64,000 nt of DNA from Antechinus flavipes (taxonomy: Eukaryota). Under the pieces are notes generated by a model. The model was not told the DNA's origin. It ran no database searches and worked only from the letters and a program-made list of their open reading frames with translations. Shown here piece after piece: positions 12,236 through 23,900 of this stretch (position 1 is its first letter; every line of letters begins with the position of its first letter). The stretch lies in NCBI RefSeq assembly GCF_016432865.1, contig NC_067402.1, positions 219,542,001 through 219,606,000 on the forward strand, written 5' to 3'. The position numbers and the translations under genes are program-made.

Positions 12236-15200
12236 GGCACATTTTAAAGATCCTTAATTGCCTACTTGAGAATCTTTTATTTCATGCTAGAAACAGTAGG
12301 GAGGCCACTAAAATTTTTTGGGAATGATATGGTAAGGTTTATGTTTTAGTAATATTATTTTGGCAGGATGGGAAAGATGAATTGTAGTTTGAAAGAAACT
12401 GGAAAAGAAAAGTCCAATTAGGGAGACTATTGCATTAAGCTGGGAGATGATTAGGGCCTGAATTAGCTATGACTCCCAGTATAAGTATTCATTGAGAAAA
12501 TGCATGATGACCAAAAACTATTCTGAATTCAGTCATGCTTTTCAATGAATTTGAATGGATTATTAGTTGTAGAAGTATCTGTATAATATTTCAAGAATAG
12601 TAACATGTTTATTTGGAAAAAATCTTTAGAAGATCTGTTTGCTTGAATTGCATTTTATATTTTCTTGGAGTGAAATAAAGTTTAAAATAGCAATACTTGC
12701 TGTCTGCTTGATAACCCTTGCAATAACTCTGAAATTTGAGATCATGGGTTGGGAAGTTGTAATCTAGTTTAGTCCCCTAATTTTTCAGATGAAGGAAGGA
12801 GGCCCCAGATAGTTCGAGTTGCCCAGAGTCATACAATTTAGCAGTGAACAGAAAAACAACATGTCAAAATCAAGTGTTTTGACTTTTTCCATTGTATTAC
12901 AGCATTTATTTATTTATTGGTGCCTTTCATATGCAGAAGGAAGGCAGCCCAGATTTTCAAGGACTTGGAAAGAGAAGGTGGATGGTATATATTTTTGTTG
13001 ATTGGTAGAAAGAACTCAATTTTTGCTGCATTCCTAAATTCTTGTTTTCTTTTTTGACCACTCCTTCAATTTTGTCCTTTGAGATCATTCTTATATTTAT
13101 TTCGCTACTTGCTATAGAAAATGGTTATGGTTGAGTTCTTATGTAACCTAGAAATAGTTTATGCTAATTGCAGTCTGATTTTGACTTTGTGACTTTTATA
13201 GAATTATTGTATTGAATTTTTTACATCATATTGGTAACCAGAGTCTGAGATTTGAATCATGAAGGGATAGTTATAGATCTTTCATTTGGTTTTCTACTCA
13301 GCCTCTGCCATATGCTTCATCCTAGATGAATATTAAAGTCATAGAGGAGACCAAGGTTGAGGTGAATGCTGAAGAGTGGAATGCCCTCCTTAACTGAAGT
13401 AAAAAAGACTTTCATCTTGAATATCTCTTTGCTAAAGATGGATTATGATTTCACTTTTTGCTCCTTTCCAAATCATTTCTACTAACTATACCAACTTGTT
13501 TTATACTTGAATGAGTGAAAAGATCACAGAAAAAGCCAGATGACTCCTACTTCCTTTGGCTTCCAGAATTGGTTATATTCATATTATTAATATCTGTAGT
13601 CTTGTTCTTGAAACTCATAAAGTGGCCCGAGAAGACAAGTAGTAGATAGAAGATAATTTGGGTGCTTTCTATATATTACTTGTAGAGAATTATCCTTTCT
13701 GATAACCTCAGAAGCAGTGTGTGTTTATTTCCAATCAAAAACTCATTCCCCTCCAATAAAGTTGATTGTAACCTAGACTCAGCTACTTCTCCACACACAT
13801 CTCTCCTCTCACTCCCCATAGGAACACTCATAGAAAGAAGAGATCTGTTATCAGTACTAGAACAGCTTTTGATGGTGGGGGGTGAGGTATTGGGAATGCA
13901 GAATGGGTAAGGGAAGGGTTTGTAAATGGGTATGACACTAAGCCAGAGGGGTCAGTGCTGCCCACAGATGCACAACCCCATTTGTGCACTTGAGCATGGC
14001 CTGAGGGAGCAGTGGGCCTGATGAATGTAGAGAGAGCTGCGTTTTGATCGAGGTAATTTCCCTCAGATGGGTCCCGCCATCCCATGAATCAAAACCTGTC
14101 AGCAAAGAGCTAAAGATGGAGTGAAGTTTATTGTATGTCTGTCTCCATGCGACACCATCACGCTAGAAGGGTCAAGTGAGAAAGATCATTAGAACTGCGT
14201 TGATTTAGTGGGCCTGTTGTGCACTTTCCCTTCGGGGCAAGATGGAAAGAGGTTTTAGCCCGGGAACAGTAGATGCTGGAGGGGTAGAAATGGGAAGGCA
14301 GGAAAGCACAAAATAAATAAAACCCTCAGCATCCCTGGGGGTGAGAAGCTGGGGGGCAAAGTAGGCTCTGTGGTAGTAGTGGGGGTGTGTATGGAAGATT
14401 GGGGGATCGGGGGGAGGGGTGAGTCTTATATTGTTCTCTCTGGAGCCCCTGGTGAATTTGGAGCAGATGCTCTGCCTGGGTCTCTAGTAGAGGCACCAAA
14501 GATCCAATTAAAAGGGAAGCTCATTGGAGGAGAGGGATTCCCTGAGAATTTATCTCCCTAGAGGGTAGACATAATAATAGTAATAACAACAATAATTATT
14601 AGTAGTAATAGTAGAAGAGGATGAGTAATGGTTGAAGGAGTAGCCTTCTGTGTGCTCTGCTTGCTTTACTTTTTCAACATTGATTGAAAAGGGCAATATC
14701 AGTAAACATCATCCATCATTAAAATGGTTATTTCAGAAGACAATAAAGTGAACATTTTATTGAGGTGGGTGGCAGAGCCTAAGGAATGGGAGTTTGTCCC
14801 CACAGTATTGGCTTTGCCCACAGAAGTGGAAATCAGATATATATATATGAAATGATTGAGCTCTCTTGAGTTTCAATTAGGGGTTAGAGAAGAGTACTTG
14901 CTTCTTTTCATTTTAAATGTTTGCTACTTTAATTCATAGGTTTGAAAGTAGTGACTCTGTACACATGACAGAGACTGAGCTATTATAATCAGTAATAGTG
15001 AATTGGTTTCTTCAGTGATATTTCAGTAAGGTGTTGATATTGTCCCATGCTTCCTGCCATTCACCAAAAAGGTATGATATTTACCCTTTTTGATTTCTTG
15101 TCCTGTTTGGAGGATTGTGACTTATTTTAAGCATTCAGCCTGCTTTCTTCTGGACTGAGAGACTTGAAGGTTTGCCAAAGCTACATTTAAGGAGAACTTG

Positions 15201-15867
15201 AAATTTTCAGTCATGAGATTTTTTTCCCATCATTCCCATTCTTAGATGTTATGGGGCAGGCAGGATGAGTAATATAGTTTAAACTTTCCCCAGTAACTTG
15301 GATGATAAGGAATTTAATGGAATGAGGAATAATTCCTAAGTAAGAATTTTAGTTGATAGAATAAGTGAAAATGAATCACAGGAAGGTAAATTTCAGGAAG
15401 GAATTCTTTGTTTTAAGCCAAAAGAGAAGGGAGGAAAACCATTGCTAACTACTTGTTGTAGGAGGATACTAGAGAAAATATGCTTAATATAGTGTTTTAC
15501 ACAGAATGTATAATGGTAATAGTTTATGTTGATCATAGATACAGAGTGGAAAAGGATCCCAGAGGCATCTTGGCCAACCCATCATTTTATAAAGTGTCCA
15601 GAAGTGAAAATTGTTGGCCAAGGTTACACAGTAAATAGCAGAGCTGGGATTAAGTGATCTCTAATTCCAAATCTAGTGTACTTTTTCACTGACACATATA
15701 TGAAATTACTTTCTAAGATATAGATGTATAAAGTTGTAAGTCTCCATGCTGAATATTCCCCCTTTCCTCATTGACTTCCTGCTTTAAATTAGCCTGACCT
15801 TTATACTCCCACCCCATACAATCAAATTCCTATCTTCTAATTTACTGATGACATTTGGTTGCCTTAG

Positions 15868-16700
15868 ATCAGTCAGTCAGTAAACTTTTATTAAGTGCCT
15901 ACGATGTGCCAGGCACCATGGAAAGCATGGTGGATACCAAAAAAAGGCCTCAAGGAACTCACAATCTAATGGGGAAAATAACAAGCAAATGTGTACAAAT
16001 AAACTATCTACAGGAAAAATAGGAAATAGTTAAAAGAAGGCGCTAGAATTAAAAGGAGTTGAGAGACTTCCTGTAGAAGATGGGGTTTTAGTTGGAACTT
16101 GAGGCAAGGGAAATCAGTATGGAGAGATGAGGAAGAATATTCCAGAAATGGAATAGAGTTAGAGAAAATGCTTGGACTTGAGAGATATGGAGTATTTTGT
16201 TTAAGAACATGTTATGGGGCATAAACAAGAATAGCATAAGGCCAATGTCAGTGGGTTGAAGTACATTGGCAAGGAGTAAGGTATATAAGAAGACTGAAAA
16301 GATTGGGGGTTGGAGGAAGTAGGTCATATAGAATTTTGAAGGCCAAATGGATGAATTTGTATTTGTTCCTGGAGTTGAATAGGAAGGATGACCTGTGCTT
16401 TAGGAATATCACTTTAATAATTGAAGGGAGGATGGAGTGGAGTGGGGAAAGAATTAAGGCAAATGGACTTCACCAGTAGGCTGTTGTAGTAATAGTCAAG
16501 AAGTAATGAGGGCTGAACCAAGGTGATAGCAGTATCAGAGGAGAAAAGATGGTCTATTCAAGAGATAGTACAAAGGTGAAATTTACAAGCCTTGGCAACT
16601 AATTGGATATGGGGGGAAGGATAAGAAATAGTGAGTAATTGAAGATGAAACCCAGGTTTCAAGCCTGAGGGGCTGAGAGGATGGTGTTGCCCTTGACAAC
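15868..16700 (-). mobile_element. L2 fragment
   Basis: Begins cagtcagtcagtaaacttttattaagtgcctacgatgtgccaggcac (reverse complement of the L2 tail) and continues with purine-rich L2-like sequence. Confidence 0.7.
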
Positions 16701-17057
16701 ATGCTATTCAAGGATCCATGACTATCTGTATCCTTCTGTAAGTGCACACTGAAGTCCTCAGTATGGTTTAGATGTTATTTAAAAGTTGCTATGGCCAAAA
16801 ATTTCAACATCTTGTCTACTTGCTGATCCAAAAGTTTAGGCTTTTTTCCAGAAATATATTCTGTTGCTTGGCTTCTAACCAAAATCTTTTCAGTATGATA
16901 GGACCTGGCACAGCCTGTGATTTCATATAGTGCTTTATAGTTCACAAAGCACACTACAAAAAAATACCTAATTTAATCTATAAACAGACCTTTTGAAATA
17001 GGTATCCTCATTTTACAGATGAGGAAATTGAGGCTCAGAGAGGTTAAGTGAATGCTT

Positions 17058-17084
17058 GATGATGATGATGATGATGATGATGAT
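17058..17084. repeat. (GAT)9 microsatellite
   Basis: Read directly from the sequence. Confidence 0.95.
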
Positions 17085-18648
17085 TATGAAAATAAAGCAA
17101 GAAAACTATGCATGAAATGGAGTCTGCCCAATTAAAATGTTCTGATTATGAGTCGAGAGGTACGTATGAGTAGGAATTTCTTCAGACTTTTATAACTTTG
17201 GAAGGCAAGTGTAGTAGGATAGAAATTGACAAACTGCTCAGACCCTAGGAACTCAGGAGACTTGATACCTAGAATCACATTCAGGAAGCTTGACTCAGTT
17301 TTAAATAGTTGAGCACAGTTGAGCATGCCAGCAGCCCTTTTTATATCAGAGGAGGTTCCTAGGAATGTGGGAACAAAAAGCGGTTCCTTAAAACCTTAGA
17401 AAAACTTCCCATATCTCTTTGAATCACTCACGTGACTTTGCTCTAATTTCTAGACATCTTGAGTAGAGCAGGCTGACTGTGGGAGATACCTTCCGTAGAG
17501 CTGTAGCTTACCTGTGGCCAGGCTTCATGAGGAGAATTAGCAATGCTTTCAAGAAATATAAACTCCTGGGGGCTGTAAAAAGATCCAGCTCAGAAGCACT
17601 AAGCAGGAGCTCATTAAATAGTTTGCTTGAGTTCTTTCAGCCTGGCCTGGCGTTGGTTATCTTTATTACTGGTTGTAAATAAAGCCAAAGAAGTTGTCCT
17701 GTCCCATGGGGGCCTCCAAGTTGGTGTGAAGCAAAGGCAGTGGGGGCAGACCTCTGTTTTGATGTGCTAAGGACCAGAATATCTTTTCTTGGAAAAATTA
17801 AAATTGTATTCAGAGATCCCTTCTCTAATTTTAGATATTTATTGTTCTGAGACTGATCTTTATGGGCTTTGACAACTTCCATTCTTCCTTACATTAAACG
17901 TATAAATACACTGAATTTTGAAGTCATAGAGGGAAAATTCATAAGACTTTTCTAGCTCCAATCTTGAAAGTTGTTGGAAGTGAACAACTTCAATCATTAA
18001 ATTAATAAAGCTCAACTCCAGTCAATGGCAGCCCAAACATCTTTAGTTTGCAAGGCATACAACTAAAAATGGGTTCTTTGGTTGCTTAGATAGCCTAAGA
18101 GACTCTAGTTGTAGCCTCAATTTTTTTTTTTCTTTCTCCGTAGGCCTTTAGATATCCTCTTCACCTTGGCTTGTTAGTTGGGCCTGTTGACCATCTTGGT
18201 CTCCCCATTTAGATAGTCTTTTATCCTTTGCAGGTATGACTGTTCTCTGCCCCTGGACTGCCTGAGAAATTTGAGTCAAATATTTTGAGTTAAAGATTTG
18301 ACTTTTGATTATTATTTATCATTGTTGCTGCTTGACTCAATCTCTTTCATGAGTGAAAAGTTTCAACTCCAATTTAATTTTTGCTGGTTCTGAGGACCAT
18401 CCATGTACATGCAGATAGCTCTACATGCTATAGCCTGCAGTTTTGTCACATGGCCCTCTACGTGGTGCCTGCTTTGCTAATTCTATGTGATAATACCGTT
18501 CTAATCCTTAACACTAACCTTGGAAGAGGTAGGGGCATAAACAGTAACTAACCAGTTATAGTTTTACTCCCCATTTTTCCCCCACACCCAGGGTTCTTGT
18601 TATCAAGAACCATATTGTTTCACCCCTTTACTTATTGTCCCCAAACAG

Positions 18649-18738
18649 AGTGAGGATGATGAAAAGCTGAAAAAGAGGAAGGAGCGATTTGGGATTGTCA
18701 CAAGTTCAGCTGGAACTGGAACCACAGAGGACACAGAG
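18649..18738 (+). CDS. SARNP: SARNP (CIP29) penultimate coding exon; earlier exons lie upstream of the window, so 1-18648 is intron
   Basis: Acceptor ccccaaacAG at 18647-48 and donor GTaaga at 18739. 90 nt encoding SEDDEKLKKRKERFGIVTSSAGTGTTEDTE, matching the SARNP C-terminal region as recalled. I did not find the preceding exon (VNLDKLKERAQRFG...) in the window. Confidence 0.96.
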
Positions 18739-20686
18739 GTAAGAATATGACACGGATAAGTCTTTAGAAGGCTTCCTCAGAAACCTTCTGGTGCTTTTTT
18801 TTTAATAAAAATTCTCTGTTAGTTGCTTCACATTTCATTTTGAGATTATTATATATATTAATCCTGATCAGTAACCTTCCAGATAACTTTTGAGTCATTT
18901 TTGAACTTACAAAGTGCCCCACCCAGCAGGGAGATGGATCCAAATAAATGAAGTCTTCACCCTTATTACTTACTTTACATAAGCTTGTCTTGATATGGAA
19001 CAATGGCTATATGGATGAAATCTCATTCCTGCAGTTTCCCTAATGCTGATATCTTAGACCTAATTCTTACTTCTGGGAACTGATATTTTGACTGGTAATA
19101 ATTCATAAGAAGACTAACCCAGTGTGTAAACTTAAAAATTTAGAAAAGTACAGAATAATCTTTAAGGTAGTACAGCTTTAGGATTATTGATACCACTTTA
19201 GAAATCAGTAGATTAAGTGTTAAAGAAATGAATATTCTACACTTCAATTATATTTAGTCTTCTCAGGTTAAGACCTTTCCATCTGGCTTAAGAAGTGACT
19301 TCCTTTTAGGTGTTTAAAAAAAAAAAAAAAGTCCCTGTGAAGCAACTTAATAAAGTCATCTTTGGTAAAACACTGAAGTTTTTAGTTGTTTATAATCTAC
19401 TTCAGTCAGAAGATTTTAGGATTCTAGGAGTAACTTCACAAAAAAGGATCGAATCCTTCACTCACATCTTTCCTATATCCTACCTTTTCTAAATGTGTGC
19501 ATATTTGGGAATGGGGTGGGGGAAGGGGGGGTCTTCATTATTAGCTACTTGTAAATACTGAAGTATTATATGTTAGTTGGTAAGTGGCTACTGCAAGAAT
19601 TTTTGGAAGTAGATTTTTTATTTTCTTTATTTTTGGCTTAAAATTTTGTTTAAGGCTTAATTAGTTTACCTAGTTTGTCCAGGAAAAAGTGTTAAGCTAG
19701 GCTTGATCATTTGGAACTTGGTGTCAAAATTCCCAAACTGATTAGGCTGTGAAGATGAAAGATTGTTATTTAGAAGTCAAGGAAGGAAGAGTTGTCTTTA
19801 CAAAAGAGAGGGGAAGATTGTGTATGGGAAATAATTCTGAAGGCAGATTTGAGTTCACATGAATAAGAGGATGTTTTTGTTTGGTGCCTAAGACTTGGGT
19901 CATTGGTCCAGGTGGTAAAAGGGCAAGGCCTGTATGCACTCAGTTTTTTGGATGAAGTCTAAATTTTACCTCCATGTGAATAGCATGACATCTTCCCCCT
20001 ATCCCTGACTCCCTTCATTGAGAGTGGAGGAAGAACCTCCCTATTTGCTGGGGAAGGGAGATGGCAGGATGAGGATGAAGGACTCTGCTATTTTGTGAGG
20101 TCATTCCCAGAACAAAAAGATCTTTTTGCAGGTTTTGTGCTCTCTCCAGTCTCCCTCCCTTGAGAGATCTATGATTGGGGCTTCTGTTTCCCCTCCCTCT
20201 AGCTATTTATTCTGTTAGAAATGAAGATTTATATGCCTCTCTCTTGGATAGGCTTGGAGGCCTATCAAGGAGCTGCTGCTAGGGCTTGAATGCCTGGGAG
20301 GGCATCCCCCCTCACCTTCCCCTTGAATAGCACAGGGTTAACCCTTTGCCCTTTGAAATCCCCCACCTCCCCATGCCTAGAAGGCTTTTCCAGGCATTTC
20401 AAGAGACCATTGTTTCCGGACCTACAGTAAGATACTACCAAGGCTACTATGACCCTCCTTCCTACAGGAATCTTACTATTTTCCACCCCTTGATTATTCC
20501 CCTCTGTTTTGACCTGGGACTTGGGGAATCAAAGACTTGGCTGTCAAGTCCAAGCCTGAGCTATCACTTGGGCTTAGGCCTTGTGACAATTCATGTGAGT
20601 TTAAAACTAAGGAAGCCAGGAGCTTAAGCTACTCTTCTCCATTCCCTAAACCCTCTGATTTTTCTCTCCTAATTTTTTTTTCACAG

Positions 20687-20728
20687 GCAAAGAAGAGGAA
20701 AAGAGCAGAGCGATTTGGTATTGCCTGA
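20687..20728 (+). CDS. SARNP: SARNP last coding exon
   Basis: Polypyrimidine tract and tcacAG acceptor, then AKKRKRAERFGIA-TGA, the SARNP C-terminus. In frame with the previous exon. Confidence 0.96.
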   Translation, partial: AKKRKRAERFGIA

Positions 20729-20977
20729 TGAGAAGTTTTTGCTTCCTTCTGCTGTTGATGATTCCGATCTCTGATTCTTCTTGGTCATTCACATACCTAC
20801 TTGTACACAGACAGGCACCTTCCTGGGCCTTGTTCCTTGATGAGGGGACATGAATCCCAGATACATACACAAGCCCTCAGCAGCAGTTTTAGCTTTTTTG
20901 CAATTATACAACTTTAAGGTGTTTTATTTTTCCCTGTTGTTTTTGTTTTTGTTTTGTTTTTTAAATTCTGGTTGTTA

Positions 20978-20983
20978 ATTAAA
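20978..20983 (+). terminator. SARNP: Probable SARNP poly(A) signal (ATTAAA)
   Basis: ATTAAA about 250 nt after the stop, followed by a GT-rich stretch (gaaattgtgtttgattg). It runs into a genomic A10 tract, so the cleavage site is uncertain. Confidence 0.6.
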
Positions 20984-23900
20984 AAAAAAATTTAGAAAAG
21001 AAATTGTGTTTGATTGAATGGTTAGCACTTAGAGATGATCTGAGGAGAGGAAGGAGCTAATGTCCATGAGACATGATCTGAAAATCACCTTCACCCCGAG
21101 TCACTCTCTTATGTACTATATGAAGGCTTAGATGGCTACTTGGTTTTTGACCTGAAGTTTGGGAGGTTAGTAAGAGAGAGGTGAATAGTTGGAGACATTG
21201 GATTCCAAGGAGATGATGCATAGTATTTTTTAGTTTCTTTGCTGAAGGCCTGGAGGAAGAAGAGGGACTACCTACAGGGAGCTGGGCACAGATTACAGTC
21301 GGGATGGGCACAGAGACTTTAATAGTAATAGAATTCAAGGGTGAAAAGTTGGGGTAGGTGCTTTAGGAATCTTGAGGCAAGTAAAGGGGCATAAGAAATC
21401 AGAAAACAAACTAGAAACTTAAGCTCTGTGCGAAAATTAGTAATGGAACTGTAACTCAACCCCAACTTACCTGACCCTTAAGTCTAGTACTGCCTCTCTA
21501 GGTTGAGTTCATCTATGACAGAATGATGTCATTGGAATTTTTCAGGGAAGATGTTAACATTCCAATCTGTTGTGGGAGAAGTATAGTTCTTGTCCTCCCC
21601 CCTACTTACCACCCTCAAAGAACTTTCAGGTAGGAGTTTGAGCCTGTGGCTTCACAGATGTCTGACATATCTGTTATATACCTGTATGCTTTCCTTATGG
21701 ATATTTGAACTCCCATCCTAGATCTTCCTTCCCTAATTCTTAGGAGGTTTTAGAAGCTCCCTAAGAGTAACCTATTCCTCTTTCTTTTAGATATCATACT
21801 TAGAAATTATCATTGGGACAAGATGACAACCTTGAAGAAAGGAAGAACATAGGGTTGATTATTTTTAGAATGGAGATGGAATGAATCTTGGGGTTATTCT
21901 TGAGCTCCTCTGTAACCTACACTTTTATTCCTCTAAAATTCAGGAGTAAGTGGTTTAGCTATTCTAATCCCTAGGCCTTAAGGGTAGAGGAACTGGAGAT
22001 CTTGCCAAATGTGAGACTATATCAGGTGTGTATAATTCTCTTTTTCAGTTATGATAGAAAGTAAGGGATAGTGAGCTGCTAATGTCTAGTTGTGGCTAGA
22101 ATTGTTTTTGCCCTGGATTTTTGCCTAAATAATGAGGCTTAGATGAACTGCCTTTGTTTAGTTCATGATTTAGATTCCAAATCTTAAATTTCCTAATAAA
22201 CTTGCTATATAAAGTTGATGCCTATTCTAGTTAAGATTGACTATTGGGTTGGTTTTGACACAGTGGATTTTGGTGGTGAGAGCTAATCTTGAGACTAGAA
22301 ATGTGATAGACTTACTGCTTTCTGATGGCCAGAGCTCCCCTCTTGGAGTATGGCTGTTGTGGCCAAGGGAGCAGAGAGAAGGCGTACCCCTGTTCTGTGA
22401 ATGGCACCTAATTGATTTTTCCTCTCTGAGCCAGGGGCTGGTCGTGACTAATTTGAACTGAATAGCTGCAAGAGAGAAAACTGCAGGGAGCACAGTTGAG
22501 TGTGGGAAAGGCAGAGAAGGAGAAGAGGGTCAGGGAATGGGGGAGATTTGGGCCCACTTAGTCTATTGCCAAGTCCTCCCTTGAAGGAGAAAGAACTAAA
22601 CAGGTATTGGCCTGGATGAGTAAGTGAGGTTTTGGTATTACCAGAGGAATAATGGACAAAAAAGAGAGGAAGGAATTTAAGGATTTAAGAAGGGAAAAGT
22701 GTCTTTTTGGTGGTGCTGCACAGAACAAAGGCACTATAAGCAAATTATCACTTGACCCTTTTTATACCTCTGTCAAAGACCTTTTGCCCCACAAAACACC
22801 TAATATCTCAAGCTTAAGATGAGAAATGGGTAGAAAGGGAAATCACTAAATTGAGTTTCTTATTTAAATTTTCCTTGCTTCATCCACTTTTGGCTTTAAA
22901 AACAATTTGCCTTTTAGATTTCCCTTCTTTCCTGTCTTGAGGCCTTCAAAGGAATTCTGAAGAAGAGCTTAAGTCATTCTACTTCCCTCCCTCCATATAG
23001 ATTGGACCCTTTATCAGCATTAATGTCAGGACTTCAAGGAAGCTGATACTCCAATTTTCATGACTTATTCTTCATAAGTCTACCTTGAAGCTTAACCCAT
23101 GCCTTTTTGCTGTCATCTTTTTTATTTCTGTATCTAAATTTAGAATAGACAAGCAGGATCCTGCCCTCCAAAGACCCTTTGAAGACAAAGTAATTCTACC
23201 GGTGAAGTTCAATAAGCCATTGAAATTGTAGGAAAAAAGTATTTCTTTTAAGTTTTATGTTCAGAAATAGAAGCGGAATCCTATGAAAATTCTTCTTACC
23301 TTCCCCTCACTACCATTTGGTCTTTTACTTCCCCACTCCTTTCTCAAACTGGGGAAGGGATCTTGGGGTCAGAAGGACTGGACAGGACTTGACTGTCCTG
23401 TACATTGAGATGGATAGACTCTTAGGGGTTGAGAGTCAGTGTGATCTCCTTTGATCCTATTTCTCCTAACCCAGATCAGTAGAAAGGTGGAGGACCATTC
23501 TTCTATCTCCATGAAGAAAACTGTCCTGACACCAAAAAACATTTCCCAAATCTCTAGTTTTTGCACATGGACAGGAAGTTAGGTTTTGGCTCTGAAAGAA
23601 AGCAGAACCTGGACTGTGGTTTTGTGGTGGTCTTGACAACTCTGGGTTTTGTCCATTTGTTAAGGATTGTACCTCTAACCTAAAACCCTGGATTAGATAA
23701 TTGAGGGGTAGTGGGTATATGGAGCTTGGGGGCCCCAGGGCTGTGAAGGGAGTAAAGGGAAGAAAGTCAGTTAAACTTTTGACACTTCTCCAACTAAACA
23801 AACAAAACTTTACAATTGGAATGACCTTCCCCCTCTTTGTCCTTCTCCCTCCCTCTTCCTCTTCCTCTCTACCTCCTTTCTTACTAAGTATTGATAGTGA

